Shown here: positions 1 to 8,454 of the stretch, piece after piece
How positions within the stretch are numbered: position 1 is the stretch's first letter
How the letters are laid out: the number at the start of each line of letters is the position of its first letter
Assembly: GCA_964349715.1 (NCBI GenBank)
Contig: CAYGHR010000001.1
Location: forward strand, 14,478 to 65,563
From: an uncultured Peptococcaceae bacterium
GTDB taxonomy: Bacteria > Bacillota > UBA994
DNA: 51,086 bases
Reading direction: 5' to 3'
Position numbers and translations under genes: made by a program
The notes under the pieces: model-generated
Told to the model about the DNA's origin: nothing
Seen by the model: only the letters and a program-made list of their open reading frames with translations
Database searches by the model: none

Positions 1-756
1 ACGTGTCATGTGCTCTTTAAGCATGGACGCAAATGTAGCCGCCATCCCCTCTAGTGCCTTAAGCAGCACATTGCCTGTGAAGCCGTCGCACACCACGACA
101 TCAACCTGCCCTGCCAAGAGCTCTCTAGCCTCGATGTTCCCTACAAAATTAAGGTCTGCGCCTTTTAGTAAGAGGAAGGCTTCTTTGCTCACTTGGTTCC
201 CCTTGCCCTCTTCCGTGCCGACGTTAAGCAAGGCTACTTTCGGGTTGTCGCGGTGCAACACCTTAGCGGCGTACAGCGCCCCCATAACTCCGTACTGCAT
301 GAGGTGCTCGGGTTTGGCGTCCACGTTCGCCCCGGCGTCTAACAGCATCACGCCGCGCCCATTGCGCGTAGGAATCAGCGGCGCTAACGCAGGCCGATCA
401 ATACCCTCAAGGCGCCCCACAAGCAAGAGCCCTGCCGCCATAAATGCGCCCGTGCTACCCGCCGTGACTACTGCATCAACTTGGCCTGTACGCAATAGGT
501 TAGCCGCAACCACGAGAGAGGATTGCTTCTTGCGTCGCACAGCCAGACTAGGGCTGTCTAGGTCAGAGATTACCTCCGTTGCTTCTGCGATTTCAACGCG
601 GCCTGCCAACCCTGTGCCTGCAAGCCGGGGAGCGAGGACAGTCTCCGGCCCCACCAGCACTACGGTAAAGTCCTTTTCCCGCACCGCCTCTAATGCCCCG
701 GCCACAATCGCGTGGGGGGCGTGGTCGCCGCCTAGCGCGTCGACTGCTATACGCAA
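1..756 (-). CDS. plsX: Phosphate acyltransferase PlsX (partial; C-terminus runs off the window start)
   Basis: My own translation of the minus frame. It is absent from the ORF track because there is no stop in the window. It reads ..LRIAVDALGGDHAPHAIVAGALEAV..VVTAGSTGAFMAAG..LLNVGTEEGKGN... TTG at 756 follows AGGCGAGGTG and gives a canonical MRIAVDA N-terminus. In-frame alternatives are GTG 765 and ATG 813. Confidence 0.85.
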   Translation of the reverse strand, partial: MRIAVDALGGDHAPHAIVAGALEAVREKDFTVVLVGPETVLAPRLAGTGLAGRVEIAEATEVISDLDSPSLAVRRKKQSSLVVAANLLRTGQVDAVVTAGSTGAFMAAGLLLVGRLEGIDRPALAPLIPTRNGRGVMLLDAGANVDAKPEHLMQYGVMGALYAAKVLHRDNPKVALLNVGTEEGKGNQVSKEAFLLLKGADLNFVGNIEARELLAGQVDVVVCDGFTGNVLLKALEGMAATFASMLKEHMTR

Positions 757-816
757 GCGAAACACCTCGCCTTTTACATTGGCCAACCACCGCCCTGCCC
801 GTGGATTGACCATCTA

Positions 817-846
817 AGTATACTGCATCTGAAATTATTGATTCAA
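817..846 (-). promoter_or_regulatory. Candidate sigma-A promoter for plsX (TTGAAT-N18-TATACT)
   Basis: The minus strand reads TTGAAT (846-841), an 18-nt spacer, then TATACT (822-817), just downstream of the rpmF terminator. The -10 ends 3 nt before the ATG at 813, which favours the TTG at 756 as the real start. Confidence 0.4.
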
Positions 847-900
847 CACATTTTTGTGCACACATTTTGCACGGAGGATGCTCTCCTCGCTTTAGGATCT

Positions 901-933
901 CAGAAAGCAAAGAAAGGCGAACTTGCGCCTTTC
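901..933 (-). terminator. Rho-independent terminator after rpmF
   Basis: The minus strand has GAAAGGCG-6 nt loop-CGCCTTTC (8-bp stem, 912-933) followed by TTTGCTTTCTG, 10 nt after the rpmF stop. Confidence 0.7.
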
Positions 934-942
934 TGGTCTGCT

Positions 943-1125
943 CTACTTGGCCGCTTGTGCAACCACAACTTTGTTCTTGTAGTATCCACATGCGGTACAA
1001 ATGCGATGAGGAAGTTTGGCCTCATGACACTGTGGGCAAGATACTAGGCCGGGAGAAGTTAATTTCCAGTTGGCCCGGCGCTTATCGCGACGTGCCTTAG
1101 ATGTTTTTCTTTTTGGTAGTGCCAT
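943..1125 (-). CDS. rpmF: 50S ribosomal protein L32
   Basis: ORF 943..1146. [32 protein letters not shown] is typical bL32. ATG at 1125 is preceded by AAGGAGGTG (1140-1132). Confidence 0.92.
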   Translation of the reverse strand: MALPKRKTSKARRDKRRANWKLTSPGLVSCPQCHEAKLPHRICTACGYYKNKVVVAQAAK

Positions 1126-1651
1126 CTCTAACACCTCCTTTGTCATGCAGCAAACGTCCTAACACCGCTAGGCGTGGGTCTATCTCCTGTTGACCGCAAG
1201 CACACTCGCCATGATTGCGGTTTAACCCGCAACTAGGGCAAAGACCCCGACAGTCATCCGCGCACAGCACTCGCGTAGGCAAGTGCTCCACAAGTAGGGC
1301 CGACCCGAATTCTGCTAAGTCTATTGTGCGACCCGCATCCTCTACGAAAGGAGAGGCCAAGAAGTCGTCTGTCTCATCACTCGTTGTGCATAGCGGCCAC
1401 TCGTCCGTCAGCGCTACATTCAGATCAGTTACAGAGTCCGCTAGACACCGCGCGCAAAAGGACTGCATCTGTGCGTGAACAACCGCTTCCACCTCGACAT
1501 GATTGCCTTCGCGGCGCAACCGCAGACTGACATGCGGGGGCGTTAGCGGCACAAAGTCGGACCCCTGTAGTTCTATGGGGGTCATGGATAGGGCAAACTC
1601 AAAGTCGCGCCAAGATGTAGACTCACAGAGCTCGCTAACAACAACCTTCAT
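1097..1651 (-). CDS. yceD: YceD/DUF177 family protein (ribosome-associated, B. subtilis YlbN-like)
   Basis: ORF 1097..1696. It has the C-terminal Cys cluster [23 protein letters not shown] and the classic position upstream of rpmF. ATG 1651 is preceded by GAGGTG with a 6-nt spacer. It overlaps rpmF by 29 nt. Confidence 0.75.
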   Translation of the reverse strand: MKVVVSELCESTSWRDFEFALSMTPIELQGSDFVPLTPPHVSLRLRREGNHVEVEAVVHAQMQSFCARCLADSVTDLNVALTDEWPLCTTSDETDDFLASPFVEDAGRTIDLAEFGSALLVEHLPTRVLCADDCRGLCPSCGLNRNHGECACGQQEIDPRLAVLGRLLHDKGGVRDGTTKKKNI

Positions 1652-1699
1652 GTCCAACACCTCATAGATTATACACAGTGTGTGTGGTAGCGTCAATTC

Positions 1700-2899
1700 T
1701 TAGTGTGAGGTTACGAGTTCCCTTGTGTCGCGGGCGATAATCAGTTCCTCATTGGTTGGGATTAGGAGCACCTTCACTTTAGCGCCCTCACTGCTCAGGT
1801 CTACTTCTTTGCCGCGGACGCGGTTCTTAGCGAGGTCTAGTTCTACACCCATGAATCCAAGGTGCTTACACACGGCCTCCCTGACCTCGGGTGAGTTCTC
1901 GCCGAGACCGGCCGTAAACACTATGGCGTCAACGCGCCCTAGCGCTGCGGCGTAGGCGCCTACGTACTTGCGCACGCGATAGTAGTACATGTCTAGCGCC
2001 AATTGCGCCTGGTCGTTGCCCTTAGCCGCAGCCTCTTCGATGACACGAAAGTCGCTGCTGACCTCAGAAATACCCATGACGCCGCACTTTTTGTTCAGGA
2101 AACTACTGATTTGTTCGCTGTTCATGTTTTCCTTTTCCATCAGGAAGGGTACAACAGCGGGGTCGAGGTCTCCCGAGCGGGTCCCCATAATAAGCCCTTC
2201 TAAGGGCGTGAATCCCATGCTTGTGTCAATGGACCTTCCACCATCGATAGCTGCTACTGACGCACCGTTGCCGAGATGGCAAGTGATGACCTTCACTTCA
2301 CTGGTAGGTCTCCCAAGCATGTGCGCAGCGCGCTCGGAAACATAGCGATGCGATGTGCCGTGAAACCCATAGCGCCTGAGGCCATACTTTCTGTACAGTG
2401 ACAGCGGCACCCCGTATAGATACGCGGTCTGCGGCATCGTCTGATGGAACGCCGTATCAAAGACCGCCACATGCTTGACGTTAGGCATCAGCTTTGCACA
2501 TACTTCAATGCCCATGATATTGGGCGGGTTGTGTAAGGGGGCAAGTTCTATACATTGCCTAAGTGCATGCATGACATCTTCGTTAATCAAAACGGAGCCG
2601 GCATACCTCTCGCCTGCGTGCACGACGCGGTGGCCAACGGCCTCAATCTCATCCATGCTCTTTACTATGCCATGCCGCGCGTCCAAAAGAGCATCCATAA
2701 CGAGGCCAATCGCGGCTTCGTGATTGGGCATGTCGCTCTCCACGATAATGTTATCCTCTTCTTTGCGCCGATGCTTAAGGAAACTTCCGGGCAGTCCAAT
2801 CTTCTCTACTAAGCCTTTTGCCAAGACGGCCTCATTACTCATGTCAAAGACTTGGTACTTAAGCGAGGAACTGCCACAATTGATTACAAGTATTTTCAC
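1700..2899 (-). CDS. ackA: Acetate kinase
   Basis: ORF 1700..2932. [25 protein letters not shown]-like HRVVHAGE and GFHGTSH motifs are present. GTG at 2899 is preceded by GGGAGG. Confidence 0.93.
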   Translation of the reverse strand: MKILVINCGSSSLKYQVFDMSNEAVLAKGLVEKIGLPGSFLKHRRKEEDNIIVESDMPNHEAAIGLVMDALLDARHGIVKSMDEIEAVGHRVVHAGERYAGSVLINEDVMHALRQCIELAPLHNPPNIMGIEVCAKLMPNVKHVAVFDTAFHQTMPQTAYLYGVPLSLYRKYGLRRYGFHGTSHRYVSERAAHMLGRPTSEVKVITCHLGNGASVAAIDGGRSIDTSMGFTPLEGLIMGTRSGDLDPAVVPFLMEKENMNSEQISSFLNKKCGVMGISEVSSDFRVIEEAAAKGNDQAQLALDMYYYRVRKYVGAYAAALGRVDAIVFTAGLGENSPEVREAVCKHLGFMGVELDLAKNRVRGKEVDLSSEGAKVKVLLIPTNEELIIARDTRELVTSH

Positions 2900-2972
2900 T
2901 AAACGCAACCTCCCTTTGATGTAAAGACCCACACCATTATATCGTGAAGTTTGACTCTTGTCGCTTAGGGAA

Positions 2973-3049
2973 ATCGTGAACTGTGAATCGTGACCTGTGA
3001 ACTGTTAACTGTTAACTGTTATCTGTTAACCGTGAACCGTGAACCGTGA
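2973..3049. repeat. Tandem array of 11 heptamers (consensus ACYGTKA)
   Basis: Read directly: atcgtga actgtga atcgtga cctgtga actgtta actgtta actgtta tctgtta accgtga accgtga accgtga. There is one isolated atcgtga copy at 2941-2947. Confidence 0.95.
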
Positions 3050-3073
3050 GCTCGGCCAACAGAGAGGTTGCAA

Positions 3074-3108
3074 GGGTCAAAGGTCACGAGTCAAGAGTCA
3101 AGAGTCCC
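3074..3108. repeat. Second tandem array of 5 heptamers (GRGTCAA-like), inverted relative to the first array
   Basis: Read directly: gggtcaa aggtcac gagtcaa gagtcaa gagtccc. The plus-strand units (GTCACGA/GTCAAGA) resemble the minus-strand reading of array 1 (TCACGGT/TAACAGT). Confidence 0.85.
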
Positions 3109-3127
3109 CTGGGCTCGTTCGCGGTGC

Positions 3128-3155
3128 GCATACCCCCCTAGCCCCCACATATAAT
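3128..3155 (+). promoter_or_regulatory. Candidate sigma-E-type promoter for ylbJ
   Basis: GCATACC (3128-3134), 13-nt spacer, CATATAAT (3148-3155). I compared this with the B. subtilis sigma-E consensus as I remember it (kmATAww-N13-15-CATACAnT). B. subtilis ylbJ is a sigma-E regulon member. Confidence 0.35.
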
Positions 3156-3209
3156 GTAACAGTGCCGAAGTCACGAAAACGACAACAGGCGCGAAAGGTG
3201 GGAGGCTGC

Positions 3210-4445
3210 TTGCGCCGACAGAGGCTCTGGTCTCGTAGCCGTCCCTACCTGTCTGCACTGGTGGCGATAGCCCTGACCATTACCACCATGCTCTACCCCG
3301 AGGAGGCCTTCGCCTCTGCCTTAAGTGGACTCAGGGTGTGGTGGGATATAGTGTTCCCTGCTTTACTGCCGTTCTTTATCCTCTCGGAAATTCTCATGGG
3401 ACTAGGCGTAGTCGCTATGATGGGAGTATTGCTTGAACCCCTAATGCGGCCTCTGTTTAATGTGCCCGGGGTAGGTTCGTTTGTCATGGCCATGGGGCTC
3501 GCCTCGGGGTATCCCATTGGCGCAATTCTCACCGCTAAGCTCAGGCGACAGCGCGCCTGCACACAAGTAGAAGCAGAACGCCTTTTGTCCTTCACTAATA
3601 CAGCTGACCCGTTGTTTATGTTCGGAGCGGTAGCCGTAGGTATGTTTGCCGATGCCCGCTTAGGCTCAACTCTGGCGTTGGCACATTACTCATCTAGCCT
3701 CACTGTAGGCCTGCTGATGCGTTTCTATCGACGCTCTACCACTTCCACAACGGAGGTCGTGCCTGCCGGCAGCATACTGCTACGGGCTCTGCGCGCGCTG
3801 CCAAGAGCGCGCCGACAGGACGGAAGGCCGCTCGGGCAGTTGTTTGGTGATGCAGTCCGCAATTCCGTTACCAGTCTCCTTAACATCGGCGGATTCATAA
3901 TCTTGTTCTCAGTGATTATACGCATGGCCACGGTCGTAGGTCTAGTCGACCTCTTGGCAGCGGCTGTGGCTGTGCCATTGTCTGTTATCGGGGTATCAAG
4001 CGCACTTGCGGAAAGCGTCATCTCCGGCATCTTCGAGATAACTATCGGCACCGAGATGTGCGCTAGTGCAGGTGCACCCCTCATGCAGCGCGTCGCCATG
4101 GCGGGTGCCATTATCGCATGGAGCGGGCTCTCCGTACACGGGCAAGTGGCAAGTATTCTGCACGACACCGACATCCGCGTGGGACCATATCTCGCGGCGC
4201 GCCTCGCCCATGCTGTCTTAGCTTTTTTCTACACGCTGCTCTTGTGGAACGTCAGCGGAGATTTGTTCCCTACCAGTCTACCGGTTCTTCTCCCTACCAT
4301 TCCGGCCACTGCCTCAAGCCTTGTCTTGCAGCGGTTGGCCTTTGCCGGCATCAGGGCCTTAGGCTTCCTTGGGATTGCGCTCGTCTTGTCGGCTCTAGTG
4401 GTCGGCCTATGTAGAATCAGAGCTCAGTGGAGGCCAAAAACTTAG
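3210..4445 (+). CDS. ylbJ: Sporulation integral membrane protein YlbJ (nucleoside-recognition/Gate-domain family)
   Basis: ORF 3039..4445. [35 protein letters not shown]...[10 protein letters not shown] matches the YlbJ family. TTG at 3210 follows GGTGGGAGG. The longer ORF start would run through the heptamer repeats. Confidence 0.8.
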   Translation: MRRQRLWSRSRPYLSALVAIALTITTMLYPEEAFASALSGLRVWWDIVFPALLPFFILSEILMGLGVVAMMGVLLEPLMRPLFNVPGVGSFVMAMGLASGYPIGAILTAKLRRQRACTQVEAERLLSFTNTADPLFMFGAVAVGMFADARLGSTLALAHYSSSLTVGLLMRFYRRSTTSTTEVVPAGSILLRALRALPRARRQDGRPLGQLFGDAVRNSVTSLLNIGGFIILFSVIIRMATVVGLVDLLAAAVAVPLSVIGVSSALAESVISGIFEITIGTEMCASAGAPLMQRVAMAGAIIAWSGLSVHGQVASILHDTDIRVGPYLAARLAHAVLAFFYTLLLWNVSGDLFPTSLPVLLPTIPATASSLVLQRLAFAGIRALGFLGIALVLSALVVGLCRIRAQWRPKT

Positions 4446-4908
4446 CCCGCAGCTGTGCCGCCACGACCGGTCGGACCAGTTCGTCCACCGACCCACCTAG
4501 GCGAGCCACTTCTTTTACCAGCGAAGAAGACAGGTAGGAGTACCGATTGTTAGTCATCATAAACAGCGTCTCCACACCGTCATCCAATGTGCGGTTCATT
4601 AGAGCCATCTGAAATTCGTACTCGAAATCAGAGACGGCACGCAAGCCCTTGATGATAATCTGCGCTCTCTCGCTTTGCATGAAGTGCACTAAGAGCCCGG
4701 GATGATGAGTAATCACCACATTGGGGATATCGCGCGTTACCTCTTGCAGGAGCAGAATCCGCTCCTCCACGGAGAAGAGCGTGCTCTTGCTTTGGTTACT
4801 CATTACCACCACGCTAAGACTATCGAAAATCCGGGCCGCACGGAGAATGATGTCCAAATGGCCATTGGTTACGGGGTCAAAACTCCCGGGGTATACTGCT
4901 CTAATCAC
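4417..4908 (-). CDS. coaD: Phosphopantetheine adenylyltransferase
   Basis: ORF 4417..4956. [20 protein letters not shown] and ISSSLVKEV-like motifs are present. GTG at 4908 is preceded by GGGAGGAAAT. Confidence 0.92.
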   Translation of the reverse strand: MIRAVYPGSFDPVTNGHLDIILRAARIFDSLSVVVMSNQSKSTLFSVEERILLLQEVTRDIPNVVITHHPGLLVHFMQSERAQIIIKGLRAVSDFEYEFQMALMNRTLDDGVETLFMMTNNRYSYLSSSLVKEVARLGGSVDELVRPVVAAQLRAKFLASTEL

Positions 4909-5467
4909 GTTTATTTCCTCCCACCCGCACATAATGGGACATAACGGTCTGCCCATAGCTCTTTATTTTAAGCAGTCCCAACCCCCCTGTTTCTGTTGGC
5001 AGTGACTCCTTGGCGAAGTGCTCAACAACTAGGACACCTCTTACGGCCAATAAGCCACAACGGTCAATAAGAGCGAGGACTTGCGTACCCACCAAGTCTC
5101 CATAAGGGGGGTCGGCAAAGATCACATCGAATTTTTGCTCGCCGAGCTCAGGCAGCACTTGCTCATAAGAGCCCACACGGACTCTAAGCACGAGCGGATC
5201 TATATTAAGGCTGTCGCGGTTGCGGATGATAAGGGCAGCCGCGCGGGGCGACTTCTCTACGGCTACCACTAGGCGAGCGCCGCGTGATACGGCTTCGATG
5301 CCCATCGCCCCCGTCCCCGCAAAAACGTCAAGAAAACAAGCGTCCGGTATCAGCTCCGCTAGGCTAGAGAACACCGCGCCACGCGCTTTATCAGATGTGG
5401 GGCGAATGGCGAGTTTGTCATCCATCACGATGTGCCGTCCTTTGAACGTGCCCGCAATGATTCGCAT
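4901..5467 (-). CDS. rsmD: 16S rRNA (guanine966-N2)-methyltransferase RsmD
   Basis: ORF 4901..5467. [29 protein letters not shown] and FADPPY motifs are present. RBS is AAGGGGGTG. It overlaps coaD by 8 nt. Confidence 0.9.
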   Translation of the reverse strand: MRIIAGTFKGRHIVMDDKLAIRPTSDKARGAVFSSLAELIPDACFLDVFAGTGAMGIEAVSRGARLVVAVEKSPRAAALIIRNRDSLNIDPLVLRVRVGSYEQVLPELGEQKFDVIFADPPYGDLVGTQVLALIDRCGLLAVRGVLVVEHFAKESLPTETGGLGLLKIKSYGQTVMSHYVRVGGNKRD

Positions 5468-5574
5468 ACCACACCCCCTTAGCCCCTGGTGCCCCCGTCA
5501 TCTATAGTTAATCATTATTGTACATGAGCAGAGCTTACTTGTCGCTAGCTGTTCGCTTCGCGGAGCACATACGA

Positions 5575-5601
5575 AGGGCGGACCTCTTCCCGGTCCGCCC
5601 T
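5575..5601 (-). terminator. GC-rich hairpin downstream of the SASP gene
   Basis: AGGGCGGACC-7 nt loop-GGTCCGCCCT (10-bp stem), 15 nt after the stop at 5616. The U-tract is weak (TTCGTATGT). Confidence 0.5.
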
Positions 5602-5615
5602 TAGGTTACGTCTTA

Positions 5616-5849
5616 CTAACGAAGGGTGCCGCCACGGCCTGCCAGAGAACGCTCTGCCATCTCAATCATCTTGCGCACCATATGGCCCCCGATAGCACCT
5701 GTATCGCGGGTGGTCATGGTTCCCCAGTAGCCGTCATTTGGAGTCTGGATGCCAAGCTCAGAAGCCACTTCATACTTAAACTGCTCCATTGCGTTCTTGG
5801 CTTGCGGAACAACGATTTGATTGCTGGTATTGTCGCTGCCTCTCGCCAC
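5616..5849 (-). CDS. Alpha/beta-type small acid-soluble spore protein
   Basis: ORF 5616..5849. EQFKYEVASELGI (GPR-type cleavage context E-V-A-S-E-L) and TTRDTGAIGGHMVRKMIEMAE are present. GTG start follows AAGGAGGTG. Confidence 0.9.
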   Translation of the reverse strand: MARGSDNTSNQIVVPQAKNAMEQFKYEVASELGIQTPNDGYWGTMTTRDTGAIGGHMVRKMIEMAERSLAGRGGTLR

Positions 5850-5940
5850 GTTGATTGCACCTCCTTAGCTTTGTTTTAAGCAGTGAGATGAGTTTGCAGA
5901 CTTAGGCAAATTCATGCTGTAGCAACTCCCTGCTTGAGCT

Positions 5941-5969
5941 TAGTATGTGCTGGCGTGTGCTCTCTATAC
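5941..5969 (-). promoter_or_regulatory. Candidate forespore (sigma-G/F-type) promoter for the SASP gene
   Basis: The minus strand reads GTATA (5969-5965), 17-nt spacer, CATACTA (5947-5941). This matches the remembered sigma-G consensus GHATR-N17/18-CATXHTA at every defined position. It implies a leader of about 85 nt. Confidence 0.5.
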
Positions 5970-5998
5970 TTAGGAAAACCTTCCAACAATATGCGTTA

Positions 5999-7642
5999 CT
6001 ATTCAATGGAAAAAATATAGTAGTAAACGGGCTGTCCACCGCTGAAAAATTCAAGCTCGCAGTTGGGAAATCTCTCTTTGATTTTCTCGGCTAGGGCTTT
6101 TGCCGTTGCTTCATCCGTGTCGGCACCGGCAAAAAGTGAGATTACCCCATCGTCGTCAGTGACCATATTCGTTAGCAGTGCCAGCGCAACTTCATTGACA
6201 TCGCTACCTACCGTGTCTATGCCCTTATCGCTGAGTCCGAGGATGTCCCCCTCCACAATCTCACCCACATCACCGTTGTAGGCCTTGATAGCATAAGTCA
6301 CTAAGCCGGTCTTCACTCCGCTCATGCGTCTGTACATGGCCCTAGATACGCGCTCAAGCTCAAGCGCGTCGGCCTCGTAGGATAGCATGGCGGCTAGGCC
6401 CTGAGGCACGGTGCGACTCGTGACTACGGCAACTTCCTTGCTCGTAACCTCCTTGACCTGGGAAGCGGCTAGAATAACGTTCTTGTTGTTTGGCAGAATC
6501 ACGGCGCGCTCACAGGCTAGGCTGTTAACAGCGTCGGCAAGGTCCTCGGTGCTTGGGTTCATGGTCTGTCCTCCTTCGACTATTACATCCGCGCCAAGAC
6601 TCAGGAATATGTCCCGTAGCCCGGCGCCGGCGGCAACCACGACTACACCGATGGACTTGTCGGTGCCGGGGCGCGCGACATTTAGCCCTTCCTCCGCCCA
6701 AGCGGTGTGAGCGTGCTGTTCCTTCATGTTTTCGATTTTTATGGCGCTGAGCTCGCCATGCTCTAGTGCCAGCTCCATTACTGTCCCCGGATGATTGGTG
6801 TGTAGATGCACTTTTATGACTCCGTCGTCTCCCACAACCAGTAAGGAGTCGCCATAGGATTCGAGGCTCGGGCGCAGCATGTGGTCTTCTATGCGGGGGT
6901 TCAGGATCAAGAACTCAGTGCAGTACTGAAACTCGATTTCGGCAGCCGTAAAATGCTGTCGCTCGGGCTCAGGTAACGGCTTCGGCGCCTCTATGGCGAC
7001 CGGGGTCGCAAGTTCTTTACCAAGAAGCGCGTGCAGGAATCCGCGGTAGATGTGGACTAGGCCCTGGCCTCCCGCATCCACCACACCTGCCTTCTTGAGG
7101 ACCGGCAGCATGTCGGGCGTGCGCGCGAGCGTCTTCTCCGCCTGCTCTATCACCGCCTGCATCAGTTTGGCAATGTCGGGCTCGGTGCGTGCCTTAGCCT
7201 GCGCGACACGAGCCGCCTCACGCGCCACGGTGAGAATTGTTCCCTCTACCGGCCTGCCGACAGCCTTGTACGCCGTTTCCACTCCCGCCATCAACGCGAG
7301 GGCAAAATCTGTCGCTTGGATAACTGCTTTTCGCTCTAAGGAACGGCTAAAGCCGCGAAACAACTGCGACAAAATAACGCCGGAATTGCCTCGCGCCCCC
7401 ATCAGCGATCCGGAAGCCACTACTTGAGCTACGGCGGCACAAGTGTCTAGGTTGGGCTTCTCAAGCGCGCGTACGACTGCCTGCAAGGTAAGGTGCATAT
7501 TGGTACCGGTGTCACCGTCAGGAACAGGGAAGACATTAAGAGCGTCTACAGCCTGCTTGTTGGCCTCAAGGCTTTGCGCGCCCAGCAAGAACATGTTGCG
7601 GAGGAGGATCGCATCTATCTGCTTTGCAGTCACAACATTCAT
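5999..7642 (-). CDS. yloV: DAK2 domain fusion protein YloV
   Basis: ORF 5999..7642. N-terminal DAK2-type PVPDGDTGTNM motif and a C-terminal DegV-like region. Conserved pairing with yloU. Confidence 0.85.
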   Translation of the reverse strand: MNVVTAKQIDAILLRNMFLLGAQSLEANKQAVDALNVFPVPDGDTGTNMHLTLQAVVRALEKPNLDTCAAVAQVVASGSLMGARGNSGVILSQLFRGFSRSLERKAVIQATDFALALMAGVETAYKAVGRPVEGTILTVAREAARVAQAKARTEPDIAKLMQAVIEQAEKTLARTPDMLPVLKKAGVVDAGGQGLVHIYRGFLHALLGKELATPVAIEAPKPLPEPERQHFTAAEIEFQYCTEFLILNPRIEDHMLRPSLESYGDSLLVVGDDGVIKVHLHTNHPGTVMELALEHGELSAIKIENMKEQHAHTAWAEEGLNVARPGTDKSIGVVVVAAGAGLRDIFLSLGADVIVEGGQTMNPSTEDLADAVNSLACERAVILPNNKNVILAASQVKEVTSKEVAVVTSRTVPQGLAAMLSYEADALELERVSRAMYRRMSGVKTGLVTYAIKAYNGDVGEIVEGDILGLSDKGIDTVGSDVNEVALALLTNMVTDDDGVISLFAGADTDEATAKALAEKIKERFPNCELEFFSGGQPVYYYIFSIE

Positions 7643-7646
7643 CCTC

Positions 7647-8012
7647 CTAATAATTCTCGTTTACGCGCACGCCTTGTACATTGACGTTGACTTGCTCTAC
7701 CGACAAGTCAACTAATGTTTCGACTACGTACCTTACTTTCTCCATGATGTTTTGCGCCACCTCAGATATTTTGGTGCCGTACCCCACGATAATATAGAGG
7801 TCAATAACTACGCGATTGCCGCTGACATGCACTTCTACGCCGCGTGACAGATTCTCCTTGCCTAAGAGCTCAATGAATCCGTCGCGAATGCGACTGCGGG
7901 AACACATACCTACAAGTCCATAGCATTCTAGGGCAGCCACACCTGCCACCGTGGCAATTGCCTCTGCGGTAATGACAATCTTCCCATATTCTGTCAGTAT
8001 GGTCTGACTCAC
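7647..8012 (-). CDS. yloU: Asp23/Gls24 family envelope stress protein YloU
   Basis: ORF 7647..8045. The Asp23-like region is GKIVITAEAIATVAGVAALECYGLVGM. GTG at 8012 is preceded by GAAGGAGG. Confidence 0.85.
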   Translation of the reverse strand: MSQTILTEYGKIVITAEAIATVAGVAALECYGLVGMCSRSRIRDGFIELLGKENLSRGVEVHVSGNRVVIDLYIIVGYGTKISEVAQNIMEKVRYVVETLVDLSVEQVNVNVQGVRVNENY

Positions 8013-8121
8013 TATGTTTCCTCCTTCTCTCCTGCGTACAGTCATCTCTTATTCTCTTTTGTCTCTAATATTCCTGTCGGTAGAGCTATGTACCCATAAA
8101 CGCGAAACATTGCGGCTCTCC

Positions 8122-8151
8122 TTGCCAGCGTGGTTTCGCATGTGATAGAAT
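8122..8151 (+). promoter_or_regulatory. Candidate sigma-A promoter for rpmB (TTGCCA .. TGaTAGAAT)
   Basis: TTGCCA 8122-8127, 18-nt spacer ending in an extended -10 TG, then TAGAAT 8146-8151, about 30 nt upstream of the rpmB ATG. Confidence 0.45.
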
Positions 8152-8180
8152 TACTCCCGTGAAAAGGAGGTGCGGCTACC

Positions 8181-8381
8181 ATGCACAGATGTGAGGTCTG
8201 CAACAAAAGTAAGTCTTCCGGCAATAAACTAAACTACAAGGGAACTCAGTTGACTAAACGCACCAAGCGTACTCGATTCCCCAACATCCAACGAGTGCGC
8301 GTTATTGCTGAAGGAAGGCCGACTCGACTCAACGTGTGTACGACATGCCTCAAGTCTAACAAAGTCACTCGCGCCGTGTAA
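8181..8381 (+). CDS. rpmB: 50S ribosomal protein L28
   Basis: ORF 8181..8381. MHRCEVCNKSKSSGNKLNYKG..NIQRVRV is bL28. RBS is AAAGGAGGTG. Confidence 0.92.
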   Translation: MHRCEVCNKSKSSGNKLNYKGTQLTKRTKRTRFPNIQRVRVIAEGRPTRLNVCTTCLKSNKVTRAV

Positions 8382-8404
8382 ATGATAAAAACAGGCAATG
8401 CAAA

Positions 8405-8437
8405 ACCCTCCTCTTGGCTTATGACCAGCAGGAGGGT
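8405..8437. terminator. Shared (bidirectional) hairpin between convergent rpmB and spoVM
   Basis: ACCCTCCT-loop-AGGAGGGT (8-bp stem). The minus strand is T-rich downstream (TTTGCATTGCCTGTTTTTATC). The plus-strand T tract is weaker. Confidence 0.55.
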
Positions 8438-8454
8438 CTTGACTTTGGGCTGTC

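Noticed and set aside
8-817. 269-aa plus-strand ORF at the window start
   Set aside because: It is a Ser/Ala/Pro/Thr/Arg-rich shadow ORF with no RBS. The opposite strand in the same interval translates cleanly into PlsX, so this is an antisense artefact of GC-rich coding DNA.
2941-3000. CcpA cre site upstream of ackA (TGTGAATCGTGACC-like)
   Set aside because: Alignment to the cre consensus (TGWAANCGNTNWCA) requires an indel around the central CG. The apparent similarity comes from the heptamer repeat itself.
2973-3108. Heptamer arrays as a CRISPR array or a coding repeat
   Set aside because: The units are 7 bp and contiguous with no spacers, and there are no cas genes. A 7-bp period is incompatible with an in-frame peptide repeat.
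3039-3209. N-terminal extension of ylbJ proposed by the ORF track (start at 3039)
   Set aside because: The extension would be translated from the 7-bp repeat arrays and a putative promoter, and gives a basic low-complexity peptide unlike YlbJ N-termini. TTG at 3210 with GGTGGGAGG is a better start.
5524-5604. 26-codon plus-strand ORF (MSRAYLSLAVRFAEHIRRADLFPVRP) in the rsmD-SASP gap
   Set aside because: It has no Shine-Dalgarno, and it runs through the SASP terminator hairpin. It is most likely fortuitous.
5884-5914. Proximal sigma-G-like promoter for the SASP gene (GAATT-N18-CATCTCA)
   Set aside because: It mismatches the conserved T of the -10 and the R of the -35. It is kept only as a weaker alternative to the consensus-perfect distal element.
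8102-8139. Possible structured rpmB leader (GCGAAAC ... GTTTCGC stem)
   Set aside because: The stem lies upstream of, and overlaps, the best -35/-10 pair, so it is probably not transcribed with rpmB. I know of no L28 leader family matching it.
8042-8224. 60-aa minus-strand ORF across the yloU-rpmB divergent promoter region
   Set aside because: It covers the rpmB promoter, RBS and start in antisense. It has no RBS and implausible composition.
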